A stretch of 64,000 bases of DNA from Candidatus Omnitrophota bacterium (GTDB taxonomy: Bacteria; Omnitrophota; Gorgyraeia; Zapsychrales; JANLHA01): positions 1,248-65,247 of the forward strand of contig JAKQKX010000016.1 in NCBI GenBank assembly GCA_029560465.1. The letters run 5' to 3'. Both the position numbers and the translations under genes were made by a program. Positions 42,476 through 51,685 of this stretch are shown piece by piece (within the stretch, counting starts at the first letter, position 1; the number at the start of each line of letters is the position of its first letter). The notes beneath the pieces were generated by a model, which did not search any database, had not been told where the DNA came from, and saw only the letters and a list, made by a program, of their open reading frames with translations.

Positions 42476-43663
42476 TTACAGAACTCCGACGATAATAACG
42501 TTGCCGTTCTGGACGAGCCAGGGGTCGGTTGATGGATCTTGGCTGAAACGGAAAAACTGATTGAGGCAGAACGTGCCAATCATGGGAACTCCGTCGCCAA
42601 AGATGTTCTTGATCGTGCTTATCTCTTCCGCGGCGCCCCGGCCCATCAGTTTACAGCGGGTGATTGACTCGAAGATCAGGACAAAGCTGGGCTTTTTCAA
42701 GGTGAGCTGCGCGCGGACATCCTTGGCCGCCTCTGCCGCCGCTTCTAAGTGCGAAGCCTGGTTCCCGATCATGATGTTCACCTCTGCGCCTTTGGGAACT
42801 TTATCTTGACAGATTAAGGCCCCTCCGTCAAGAACGCCCAGAACATTTCTTAGGATATATTGCTGGCTTCCCGGCAGCCGCACGCCTAAAGGGTAACGGA
42901 AACTCAACGGGCTGGAAGGTCCTTTTTTCAGGGTTTCCGCTTCCGTGCCAAAATACTGTTCGTAGAGGGCGCTGGCTTTGCGCCCGTTGATGGACAGGAT
43001 GAGGGGGCCGTCAACCTTATCCACGGTGCGGGGTTTCCCTATCGGCTTGAATCCGTGCTGGATGGAAATCCCGACCTGCATGCGTCCCCCCAGGACAAGA
43101 GACGTCGCTCCTTCCGACATGGCGGTGTCTTTGTAGTATTGAAACGTTTGTTGAAAGCGGAAGTCATCGCTGCTGCCGATCATAATCATGGGGAGATTAT
43201 ACATGAGTTCCTGTTTGATTCCGTCTATCAGGTCAGACAGCCCGTCCAGCAGGCCGTCGGCGATACAAAAAAAAAGCTGGCGCTGTTTTTGCCCGAACTC
43301 GGAAAGGGTGGACTTTACGAGTTCCCGCCCGGCTTCGGTTTTATCCTTGAGTTTCAGGTAGGGCACGCAGCCGGATTCAAAACGGATCTGGTCTGAAATT
43401 ATGGCCATCACGGCCACGCCCCGGTTGGCCACCTGGCTGGGCAGAATAATGGATGGCGTTGACGCGCCGATGATCCGCGTGCGGTTCATGATGTCGTAAA
43501 TGACAGGGATCACCTCGGCCGGGGCGTAATGGATGGTGCTGAACACAATCGCCAGGTCGACCCGGGTTGACTGTAAATATTTTTTAGCCTGTTCCGCCGC
43601 TTCTTGGGCGGCCAGACGGGTGTTGTAATTTTGGCTAAAGCCGATTCCCACGCGGGTGGCCAC
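42476..43663 (-). CDS. FIST N/C domain protein
   Basis: IIGAST, DG..SSDD..TFQY, HGFKPIG, INGRKA, YPLG..ILRNV pattern; first gene of the FIST-HK-RR operon. Confidence 0.85.
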   Translation of the reverse strand: MATRVGIGFSQNYNTRLAAQEAAEQAKKYLQSTRVDLAIVFSTIHYAPAEVIPVIYDIMNRTRIIGASTPSIILPSQVANRGVAVMAIISDQIRFESGCVPYLKLKDKTEAGRELVKSTLSEFGQKQRQLFFCIADGLLDGLSDLIDGIKQELMYNLPMIMIGSSDDFRFQQTFQYYKDTAMSEGATSLVLGGRMQVGISIQHGFKPIGKPRTVDKVDGPLILSINGRKASALYEQYFGTEAETLKKGPSSPLSFRYPLGVRLPGSQQYILRNVLGVLDGGALICQDKVPKGAEVNIMIGNQASHLEAAAEAAKDVRAQLTLKKPSFVLIFESITRCKLMGRGAAEEISTIKNIFGDGVPMIGTFCLNQFFRFSQDPSTDPWLVQNGNVIIVGVL

Positions 43664-43761
43664 AAGAACGCTCCTTTGTGTGCTGTTGCGTTATAACTAT
43701 AACATACCAAACATGTTCCTGCATAAGAAAATGGAATAAATTGAAGGTAAAATAATTTTTA

Positions 43762-43789
43762 TTGACCGCTTAATGGATTATGGTAATAT
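43762..43789 (+). promoter_or_regulatory. Promoter for tRNA-Glu
   Basis: TTGACC-N16-TAATAT with extended -10 TG. Confidence 0.5.
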
Positions 43790-43845
43790 TGAAAGTTAAC
43801 AGCCCGGCGTTTTTCGAGGGAGGATGTCCGGGTTGACAGGTTTTC

Positions 43846-43919
43846 GGCCCCATCGTCTAGCCTGGTTAGGACGAATGGTTCTCAGCCATTAAACACCGGT
43901 TCAAATCCGGTTGGGGCTA
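43846..43919 (+). tRNA. tRNA-Glu (anticodon CTC)
   Basis: Acceptor GGCCCCA/TGGGGCT; D-arm GTCTAGCCTGGTTAGGAC; anticodon arm AATGG-TTCTCAG-CCATT; T-arm ACCGG-TTCAAAT-CCGGT. Confidence 0.96.
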
Positions 43920-43924
43920 TATGT

Positions 43925-43959
43925 AACCCCCTGCGATTTAATAATTGCAGGGGGTTTTT
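43925..43959 (+). terminator. Intrinsic terminator after tRNA-Glu
   Basis: AACCCCCTGC..GCAGGGGGTT followed by TTT. Confidence 0.85.
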
Positions 43960-44122
43960 GTTTGGGGTAGAATGGGAATGATTTTATAGAAGAGCAGTTT
44001 TTTTCTTGGGAAGTTTTGCCATTTTTCTATTTTTAAGTGGCACAATTTCTGGGGTGCAGGTCAGGCGGGTCAATTTGCAAAAACTTAAAGGGGTCGGGAG
44101 ATCCAATAAAAGGGATTTAAAA

Positions 44123-46306
44123 ATGCGAAAATCAATTCCAAAATATCTGTATCGTCTTATCGTAACTGTAGTTGTGGGAATCTTTTTTGCCACTCAAGTC
44201 TCAACTTCAGCGGGTTATGCCCAGATTCCCTCACCCTCAAATTCCAAAGCTTTGCAAAACCTGCCGCCCGCAGGTTCGCAAGTGGGTTTAAGCCAGAAGT
44301 TTTTCCCGGCCAACTTGCGTGGCCTCAAGACTTATCCTGGAAATCCGCTGCAGTTTGATTTTGTTATTGATACCGGTGATGACAACCTCTCCGGCCCGGT
44401 TTTTGAGGAGGAAGCGAAGAAATTGATTAAGTATTTTCTCGCCGTTTTAACTGTTCCCGAAGACGAATTGTGGGTGAACCTTTCGCCGTATGAAAAAGAC
44501 CGCATTATCCCGGAAGGCCTGAGCGTAACGGAACTCGGAGTGGATATGCTAGCCCAAGACTATCTTTTAAAACAGTTCACAGCTTCGTTGACCTATCCGG
44601 AAGAAAAATTGGGCGCGGAATTTTGGCAGAGAATATACGCGAAGGCCAAGGAAGAGTACGGTACGGATAACATCCCGCTCAATACGTTCAACAAGGTTTG
44701 GATCGTGCCGGACAAGGCAGGGGTTTATGAATACAAAGACAGTGTTTTTGTCATCGAACGGCATTTTAAAGTCATGCTGGAGAATGATTACCTGGCGCTG
44801 AAGGAGAATCTGGGGAGGAAAGACGCGGGGGCCGATGAGCAATCAAAAATAGTAGCAAATCAGGTGAATAATATGTCGGGAAAGATTGTCAAAGAGATTA
44901 TTCTGCCGGCGATCGAACAGGAAGTCAATGAGGGCAAGAATTTCGCGCAGTTGCGGCAGATTTATAACGCAATGATTTTAGCGACCTGGTACAAGAAAAG
45001 GTTAAATGCGGGTTTCCTGGGGCAGGTGTATGTGAATAAGAATAAGATCAAAGGCGTTGATACGGATGACCATGCCGCCAAAGAGAAGCTTTACGCGCAG
45101 TACCTGGAGGCGTTTAAAAAAGGCGTTTACAATTATATTAAGGAAGACCATGACGCGGCCAGCCAAAAAGCCATTCCGCGAAAATATTTTTCCGGCGGGC
45201 TAGGTGCTGGAGTGGTGACAACAGAGAAGCTGCGGATTCTCCGCGGCGACCCGGCTCGTTTACCCAAATCGGTATCATCCGCCGTGATGCTGCCGGAATC
45301 AAAGCAGGGGAAGGACCACAAGGTGACGATTCAGTTAATAGAAAGCGCGACAAACGGAAGGCAGGGGTCTCCGGTGTCGTTACCATCACTACAGCTAGCC
45401 GGCACAGTGGACAGAAAAGGGATTTTTTCTCCGGAAGAGGCGGCTCGGGCCGGCTTTCTTCCCGAGGATGATTATAGTGCCCTGGTCAGTTCCCCTATAT
45501 TCGTCTCCGGTGGAAAGTTTGTCAAAAGCGCACTGATCCTTTGCACAGGACTTGTTACCGCGTACTATTCTTATTTAAATGAAATTGAGATAGTCCAGCG
45601 TATAGCGGGAATTTTACTCGCCGGGGGCGGTCTTTTGGGGGTTCTGAGCGCCATTAAGGACAACGTCTCGATATGGACAAGCCAGTTTTCTTATGAAAGA
45701 GGAATACGGGAAGAATATAGGCAGTTAGTTCATTACAATCTGGATGTCGTTCAGAAATTGCGGGACCGTCTTCCAGTAACGAGGATGGCGACCCTGGAGC
45801 AGGATTTGGCATTGTTGAGAGATGCGATCGCATTTAGAAATCAGGGATATGATTTCGCAGTGCTTATCCAGCCGGGGGAGTGGGCAGCAGTTGAGCGATC
45901 AGAGACACGGTGGGAAGACGATCCTGATACTTATAGTTTGGAAGGCGGGCAGCCACAAAAGTTGGTGACGCACACATGGACAGAAGAGGCCTGGGTTGAG
46001 GAAAGGATTATAATCGTTCAAGGAGAACGTCTTTTTGACAGGAGTTCTTCTCCGATTCAGGAGGATGGCCGTTTAACGCAAGCCAATGACAAGAATGTTG
46101 GAGGTATTAATCTTGATGCTGAATTATTGAATTTGCAAATCAAACGCGACGGAGCTGGCGTGCCCTTGCCTTTACCGCAGCAACCGATCCAGAATATGAA
46201 AATAGACGGTTTCCTGCCGTTGATTATCAATATTGAACCGGTTAGTATTCCGCAACTGTTGGGAATTTTGTCGGATAGGAAGAAAAAGGAAGACGTCTTT
46301 TATTAA
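44123..46306 (+). CDS. Secreted modular protein (~727 aa), paralog of 382..9237 with a different central cargo
   Basis: AAAGGGA RBS before ATG 44123; signal peptide; LWVNLSPYEKDRIIP, NTFNKVWI, QYLEAFKKGV-x-NYIKED, IPRKYFSGG; two hydrophobic helices in the middle; C-domain GGINLD..IDGFLPLIINIEP. Confidence 0.9.
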   Translation: MRKSIPKYLYRLIVTVVVGIFFATQVSTSAGYAQIPSPSNSKALQNLPPAGSQVGLSQKFFPANLRGLKTYPGNPLQFDFVIDTGDDNLSGPVFEEEAKKLIKYFLAVLTVPEDELWVNLSPYEKDRIIPEGLSVTELGVDMLAQDYLLKQFTASLTYPEEKLGAEFWQRIYAKAKEEYGTDNIPLNTFNKVWIVPDKAGVYEYKDSVFVIERHFKVMLENDYLALKENLGRKDAGADEQSKIVANQVNNMSGKIVKEIILPAIEQEVNEGKNFAQLRQIYNAMILATWYKKRLNAGFLGQVYVNKNKIKGVDTDDHAAKEKLYAQYLEAFKKGVYNYIKEDHDAASQKAIPRKYFSGGLGAGVVTTEKLRILRGDPARLPKSVSSAVMLPESKQGKDHKVTIQLIESATNGRQGSPVSLPSLQLAGTVDRKGIFSPEEAARAGFLPEDDYSALVSSPIFVSGGKFVKSALILCTGLVTAYYSYLNEIEIVQRIAGILLAGGGLLGVLSAIKDNVSIWTSQFSYERGIREEYRQLVHYNLDVVQKLRDRLPVTRMATLEQDLALLRDAIAFRNQGYDFAVLIQPGEWAAVERSETRWEDDPDTYSLEGGQPQKLVTHTWTEEAWVEERIIIVQGERLFDRSSSPIQEDGRLTQANDKNVGGINLDAELLNLQIKRDGAGVPLPLPQQPIQNMKIDGFLPLIINIEPVSIPQLLGILSDRKKKEDVFY

Positions 46307-46480
46307 TTTTACCGGAAGCATGATTCAGGATGAATCTGGAAATGTTATCCGCGCAATTTTTATAGACTGTTCGGCGCGCTGATGCAGATATCCGGAGGAG
46401 TTCCAGGGACACAATACTTAATTGAGGAGAAAACTGTAGGTGCCAGGCTCCCAATTGGGATGTCGACAAAGGAGGCCGGC

Positions 46481-47044
46481 ATGAAAAATAAAAACCAAAG
46501 AAATGCTTTGTCGTGCACGCAGGGATTTTTAATCGGATTAATTGCTTTCAGTAATTTTATCCATCAAGAAAAATCCGCCTTTGCCATGGCGATGTGCCCC
46601 TATATAGACATTGAGGCCACCGTTGTTTCTTTGTCATTGGAAAGCCCCGAGGGCTATTATGAGGACGGGAAACTGATCCGGGCTCCGCTTGATTCTGCCG
46701 TTGTGAGAATAGATAAAGTTTATGAAAGAGGCGGAGACGGGCTATTTGACTGGGCTTCTCTCGGGATTGAAGAAGGGAAGGACGTGGAGCTTGAATTTAA
46801 ATATTCAGTAAGGCCCGCTAAAATTGTGACCGTTGTTGGGCGAACGATACACTCCGGCCGAGTTGTTTCTCATGTTGGTGCCCCTGCTGAAAACACGTTT
46901 GAAGACGGTTATTTTGTTTTTAGAGAAGACGGGAGCGCGGAAGCCGAAACAATATTGCCGGGCTTGCAGGCCGGGTCCCGTTTCCGGACGAAATTATGGA
47001 AGACTTTCGAGGTTAAAGTAGGTCAGTATGAGGTGGTGCATTAG
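46481..47044 (+). CDS. Hypothetical exported beta-rich protein
   Basis: AAGGAGG RBS; signal-like N-terminus ending AFA. Confidence 0.65.
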   Translation: MKNKNQRNALSCTQGFLIGLIAFSNFIHQEKSAFAMAMCPYIDIEATVVSLSLESPEGYYEDGKLIRAPLDSAVVRIDKVYERGGDGLFDWASLGIEEGKDVELEFKYSVRPAKIVTVVGRTIHSGRVVSHVGAPAENTFEDGYFVFREDGSAEAETILPGLQAGSRFRTKLWKTFEVKVGQYEVVH

Positions 47045-47224
47045 TTATCCGGACAACGATCCTTTTGTATTCTACCCTTAGCCGCGGAAATAGATCTCCA
47101 AGACGGAAGACAAAGAAATATGAGCATGGCGTTGATAAAACATTGCGCTAAAATAAAGTCCGCTGAATCAAGCGCGGCGAAGGCCGGCAGAAACATGGGG
47201 CACGCGATGAATTCGCAGGAAGCC

Positions 47225-49819
47225 ATGCGTAAGGATTATGTGAAGAGTTTGTGGTGCATTATTTTATTGTTTTTTATCATAGGGATTCCCGGACAGGGCT
47301 TGTCTTATTCTAAAGACGAGTCTGTTGTGGCAGCCGTCACGGCGCTGCGCGAGATCACGTCTGTTGACCAGTTGCTTGAGTATTTGGATGATCAAGAATG
47401 GTTTAATCGCTTCGCTGCGATTCAGGTTTTGGGAGAAAGAAAGGATGGCCGCGCGGTTGAGCCTTTACTGGCAATGCTTAAACATGAAAATGACCCTGCC
47501 TTTCGTAAGGAAATCCTTAGCGCTCTTACGGGAATTGGGGGACGGGGGGTGGTTGAGCCTTTACTGACCGTGCTTAAAGACGAACAGGACTCTTCGACCC
47601 GTAAGGACATTTTTGTCGCGCTTGCTGAAATGAATGATCCGCGGGCTATCACCGCTTTCGTAGATGAGCTGGAAAAGGATACGTTTCAATTTTATGATGA
47701 TCCGGAGATATATTTGGTCAGGCTTGTGAACGGGGCGCAGGATTCGGCGATGGTGTTGCCGGCGCTTCATGCCCGTGATGTTGCTGTGCGGCAAGCTGCG
47801 GCCGCGGCCTTGGACAAACTCGGATGGAGGCCCTCGAACAAAGAGCAAGAGGTTTTATATTCCGCGGCGAAGCGGGAATGGGAAAAATGTGTTCTGCTCG
47901 GTAGCTTTTCCGTTGACGTTTTGGCGGAATTGCTGAATGACGCGTATTGGTCGGAGCATGCTTCCGAGATCGGGTTGGCTCTCGGGAGGATAAACGATAC
48001 CAGGGCCTTTGCGGTGTTGGAAAGGGCTTTGCAGTCAGATATGTGGTATCTTCGTGAAACAACAGCCGAAGTTCTGGGGGATCTCGGGGACCCTCGCGGC
48101 GTTGAGCCTTTGATCCGCGCCGTTTCTGATCATGATGAGAGAGTGAGCAGCAAGGCGGTCGAGGCCTTGGGAAAGATGAAAGCTTCGCAGGCACAGCCCG
48201 CCCTGGTCGCTGCGTTGATGCATGAGGACAGCCGCGTCCGAAAAGCCGCGGCTGCGGCTCTGGAGGCGATGGCCTGGAACCCTTCTACCCCGCAGGAGAA
48301 AGCGGCTTATTACACCGTGAAGCAGGACACGGAGGCGTGTGTGGCGCTCGGGCAGGCTGCTGTCGCGCCTCTGCTGGTTTCCGCTTCGGATTCTTTTGAT
48401 TTTGAGGGGCGTGATTTTGCGGTTGCCGCGTTAGCGGAAATCGGACCTCCTGCTGTTGAGCCGCTGCTTGCTGAGTTTGCCTCGCGTGCGGAATTTTCCT
48501 CCGCAGCAGGTAACACCGGGGCCGACGAGGCCAGGTTTTATGAATTTCAGCAGGCGAATATCCGCAGGCGCCAAGCCATTGTCAGGGCGTTGGGGGAGAT
48601 CAAGGACCTGCGGGCAATAGAGCCCCTGATCAGGTCATTGGCGGACGCAGAGATCAGGAACACGGTTATTGAAGCCTTGGGGAAGGTGGGGTCTTCGGAC
48701 GCGAATACGATGCTTATTGGTTTGCTTAAGGATGATGAGCCGCAGATACGGAAAGTGACGGCTGACGCTTTGGGCCAGATCGGGTGGATGCCGGCAACGG
48801 AGGCCGAAAAAGTCGCTTATTATATTGCGGGTCAGGATTGGGAGGCCTGTGAAAAACTGGGGCCGGCGGCTGTCGAACCGTTGATCGCCCTTGTGTTGGC
48901 CGGGCAGGAAGTCAATTTTGATGCCGATCCGGTTGTCAGCGTGCTGGGCAGGATCAAAGACCCTCGGGCGATCAGGCCCCTGGTATGGGCGTTAAGCCTG
49001 TATCATTTTTTCAGCGATTACGGGGTGCGTGATGAGAATAAACTCATAGAAGCGATTGCCGGTTTCGGCCCGGCGGCCGTAGGGCCTTTGATGGAAGCCA
49101 TGGATAAACGTCCGGTCATTTTAAGCGTTAGTGACCTGCCCGTGGATAGCAGGGAACGCGTTATGGATATTTTACTGAAAAACAATTGGGCGGTACGACT
49201 GAGATTATGGCAGTTTTTGCTGACCGTTGATCCTGCAAGCGTCGAGGACCGGATGGCTGAGGCGTTGGGCGAGGATTTTGAGAGATTGAAAAAATTTTTT
49301 ATCCCGTCAGACGCAGAACCGAACCGCCAACTGATCGCCCGGGCCATCGCCGTGATCGGCGATGCGCGCGCTATCCCTGTTCTGGCCGCGCATCTGCAGG
49401 ACTGGGAAGCCCGTTATGAGATCGCAGGTGCTTTGCGGCAGTTGCAGTGGCAGCCGACGACCGAAAAAGAAAGAATTTATTTTCTGCTCAGCGGAGGAAG
49501 CGATGACGGCATTAACGCGCAATGGGGCGCCGTGGAAAAAGTATTGATGGATGACCTTGATAATGGAGACGAGCGCGCGGTCCGTTTTGCCTTGTACACA
49601 TTCATTTATCTGGGCCGGGAGGAGTACGTCCCGAAACTTATCGAGGTCCTATGGGAACGAGATTCCAGCAAGCTGGCCGAGGCCTATTTGAATTGCGGGC
49701 ATGATAAATTGGCAGAGGCCGCCAGTAAGTGGGCATTGGCCAACGGGTATATGGTGACTTCCCATAACGCCACGCCCAACGATGGTTCCTACCATCCCGT
49801 CAGTTGGGATTCTAAATGA
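47225..49819 (+). CDS. Exported HEAT-repeat (PBS-lyase-like) protein
   Basis: Signal peptide; many LG-x-x-x-D-x-RAVEPL repeats and four AL-x-x-x-x-W-x-P-x-x-x-x-E-x-x-x-Y units. Confidence 0.88.
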   Translation: MRKDYVKSLWCIILLFFIIGIPGQGLSYSKDESVVAAVTALREITSVDQLLEYLDDQEWFNRFAAIQVLGERKDGRAVEPLLAMLKHENDPAFRKEILSALTGIGGRGVVEPLLTVLKDEQDSSTRKDIFVALAEMNDPRAITAFVDELEKDTFQFYDDPEIYLVRLVNGAQDSAMVLPALHARDVAVRQAAAAALDKLGWRPSNKEQEVLYSAAKREWEKCVLLGSFSVDVLAELLNDAYWSEHASEIGLALGRINDTRAFAVLERALQSDMWYLRETTAEVLGDLGDPRGVEPLIRAVSDHDERVSSKAVEALGKMKASQAQPALVAALMHEDSRVRKAAAAALEAMAWNPSTPQEKAAYYTVKQDTEACVALGQAAVAPLLVSASDSFDFEGRDFAVAALAEIGPPAVEPLLAEFASRAEFSSAAGNTGADEARFYEFQQANIRRRQAIVRALGEIKDLRAIEPLIRSLADAEIRNTVIEALGKVGSSDANTMLIGLLKDDEPQIRKVTADALGQIGWMPATEAEKVAYYIAGQDWEACEKLGPAAVEPLIALVLAGQEVNFDADPVVSVLGRIKDPRAIRPLVWALSLYHFFSDYGVRDENKLIEAIAGFGPAAVGPLMEAMDKRPVILSVSDLPVDSRERVMDILLKNNWAVRLRLWQFLLTVDPASVEDRMAEALGEDFERLKKFFIPSDAEPNRQLIARAIAVIGDARAIPVLAAHLQDWEARYEIAGALRQLQWQPTTEKERIYFLLSGGSDDGINAQWGAVEKVLMDDLDNGDERAVRFALYTFIYLGREEYVPKLIEVLWERDSSKLAEAYLNCGHDKLAEAASKWALANGYMVTSHNATPNDGSYHPVSWDSK

Positions 49820-49860
49820 TTAATTGTATAGAAGAAGTGGTTGGAGCGAAGCGGAAACCA

Positions 49861-49920
49861 TTCAAATCCGGCTTAGGCTATATTTGCCATCTGCGATTGA
49901 TAAATGGCCGGGGGCTTTAG
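49861..49920 (+). repeat. Degenerate copy of the tRNA-Glu 3' end and terminator (att-like)
   Basis: TTCAAATCCGG is identical to 43900-43910; GGCTATAT, CTGCGATT and GGGGG-x-TTT-x-G are conserved in the same order. Confidence 0.75.
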
Positions 49921-49928
49921 TGTAAAAT

Positions 49929-50088
49929 AAGCCTGATCCTTGTAATGTTTTTCCTGAAAATACTCGAGTGTCTTTTATCTGACACTTGTTTGATGCAGTT
50001 TTCAGGGAGCAGGCCAGCTTGCCGGCGCACATCGGCATGTTTTATGGGACTGCGCATCAACATTTTAAGGCCCTGATCGGGTTTTTTT
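49929..50088 (+). ncRNA. Candidate structured non-coding RNA (three-way junction)
   Basis: Hand-folded: P1 49929-49949/50059-50084, P2 49951-50008, P3 50009-50053, then a T run. No family recognised. Confidence 0.35.
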
Positions 50089-50263
50089 ATCCATAATTTG
50101 GACGCAAGTGTTTCCGGTTATCTTTTTTATGGAAAATCCGGTAGAATCATCAAGAAATAATTGATTTTACTGTTTGTGTATGATTAAATATTTATACTTT
50201 AATAATAGCTTTTCCTCGTTGTGCGAAGCTTGAGAGTCTAATATCGGAAATTATGCAAGCCGA

Positions 50264-51019
50264 ATGAATCAAAACATCCGTTTCCATTCTCCCTCAACGG
50301 ACCCAGGTTGGGGTGACCAGGGCCGGGCCGAAAAAGCTTCCGCCATTCTGTTAACGCTAGAGTTAATGACCGGATTAAATTTTCAGGATAGTCGTTGGGT
50401 GGACGTGGGTTGTGGGTGTGGCGAGATTGCGGCGCATCTTTCCACACAGGTTGGGCACATGATTGCGATTGACCCGGCGCCTTGGCAACGGTGGCCGACG
50501 CTTAGGGACACCCACCCGAATTTAGAATTTGTCCAAGGAGATTACACCAGCAATTACCCTGAACCGGCTTCAGTCGATGTCGTTATCTGTAACCAAGTCT
50601 ACGAACATGTGCCGGATCCTGAAGCGTTGCTTGGATTTATATACCGTATTTTGAAACCGGGCGGATATGCTTATTTCGCAGGCCCCAATCTCCTGTTTCC
50701 TATTGAACCTCATGTTTTTTGGCCTTTTGTACATTGGTTGCCAAGGCAGTTTGCAAGAGCGCTGATGCGTTTTTTTCATGCCAAGTATCTCGTTACTGCA
50801 AATTTGGTAACGATCTGGACTTTACGTCGTTGGTTTCATGACTTTGAAGTACGCAACGCCGTGCCAACAATCCTGCGCAACCCAGATAAATATGGTCGTA
50901 AGGGCTTGCTTTGGCATGCCGCATCCATGGTCCCGTGGTGCATTTTTGACATGCTGACAGTTTTTTCCCCCGGATTTATCTTTGTCCTTCGTAAACCAGA
51001 TATATATCAAACCCTGTAA
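50264..51019 (+). CDS. Class I SAM-dependent methyltransferase
   Basis: VDVGCGCG, DVVICNQVYEHVPD, LKPGG. Confidence 0.9.
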   Translation: MNQNIRFHSPSTDPGWGDQGRAEKASAILLTLELMTGLNFQDSRWVDVGCGCGEIAAHLSTQVGHMIAIDPAPWQRWPTLRDTHPNLEFVQGDYTSNYPEPASVDVVICNQVYEHVPDPEALLGFIYRILKPGGYAYFAGPNLLFPIEPHVFWPFVHWLPRQFARALMRFFHAKYLVTANLVTIWTLRRWFHDFEVRNAVPTILRNPDKYGRKGLLWHAASMVPWCIFDMLTVFSPGFIFVLRKPDIYQTL

Positions 51020-51047
51020 AACGAGTTCTTCTTTGTTCTATAGAAGG

Positions 51048-51073
51048 AACCCCTTCGATTGAAGGGGTTTTTT
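51048..51073 (+). terminator. Intrinsic terminator
   Basis: AACCCCTTC-GATT-GAAGGGGTT followed by TTTT. Confidence 0.85.
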
Positions 51074-51249
51074 GTTTTGTGAAGATGAGCATGACTTTAG
51101 ACTTTGTCCGAGAGCAATATGTTTTAAAGAGGCCTGTTTTATGGGCGTTTTTTAACGCGGTGAAGGACAAGCGATTTTTCATGACTTGTGATACAATCAT
51201 TATGAAAGCCAGGGTGTTCACACGCGGTTCCATAAACAGGAGGTGAACT

Positions 51250-51594
51250 ATGGTCCTCTTTCATGCCCTTCGGAGGGGCCGGCCTTTCCGGTGGCATATT
51301 TTTTTGATTTTACTCGCAGCAGGATTCCTGATGAATCCGCAAAGGGTATCCGCGCAGGCCATGACAGAGTATATGATGTTACAGGGGCAGGTCCAGAAGG
51401 ATATGCAGCAGGGGATCGCCACCGCGACCGCTCCGTCCCAACAGCAGGCCACGGCCTCTGTCCAGGAGCCCATTCAGGCGGCTTCTTCGGATCAACCCGC
51501 CCGCCCCGGCGGGATTACCGTAACATTTACTCCTGTGCATATCGGAGTGATTTTGACTCTGGGCGCGCTGTTTTGGATGTTCATGAATAAGTAA
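51250..51594 (+). CDS. Small exported protein with C-terminal membrane anchor
   Basis: AGGAGGT RBS; signal peptide, Gln/Ala/Pro-rich linker, terminal TM helix. Confidence 0.6.
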   Translation: MVLFHALRRGRPFRWHIFLILLAAGFLMNPQRVSAQAMTEYMMLQGQVQKDMQQGIATATAPSQQQATASVQEPIQAASSDQPARPGGITVTFTPVHIGVILTLGALFWMFMNK

Positions 51595-51685
51595 TTGAAT
51601 CGAGTTTTTGGGCCCTGAGGATCTGAGTGCGTCCTGCCCAGCCTGGCAGGATATTTTTTATCTTTTCAGAGACGTTTTATCTCAC

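Larger units (their letters stand above)
43900..49920. mobile_element. Putative decayed genomic island integrated at the tRNA-Glu 3' end
   Basis: Degenerate direct repeat of the tRNA 3' end and terminator at 49861-49920; no integrase inside. Confidence 0.6.

Noticed and set aside
44038-44052. TGGCAC as a sigma54 promoter for the second modular protein
   Set aside because: The -12 element reads CTGG rather than TTGC; the conserved GC is missing.
44006-44122. Upstream TTG start for the second modular protein
   Set aside because: The ATG at 44123 has an RBS and gives a proper signal peptide matching the paralog's layout.
49945-50076. 43-codon ORF inside the candidate structured RNA
   Set aside because: No RBS and no recognisable peptide features.
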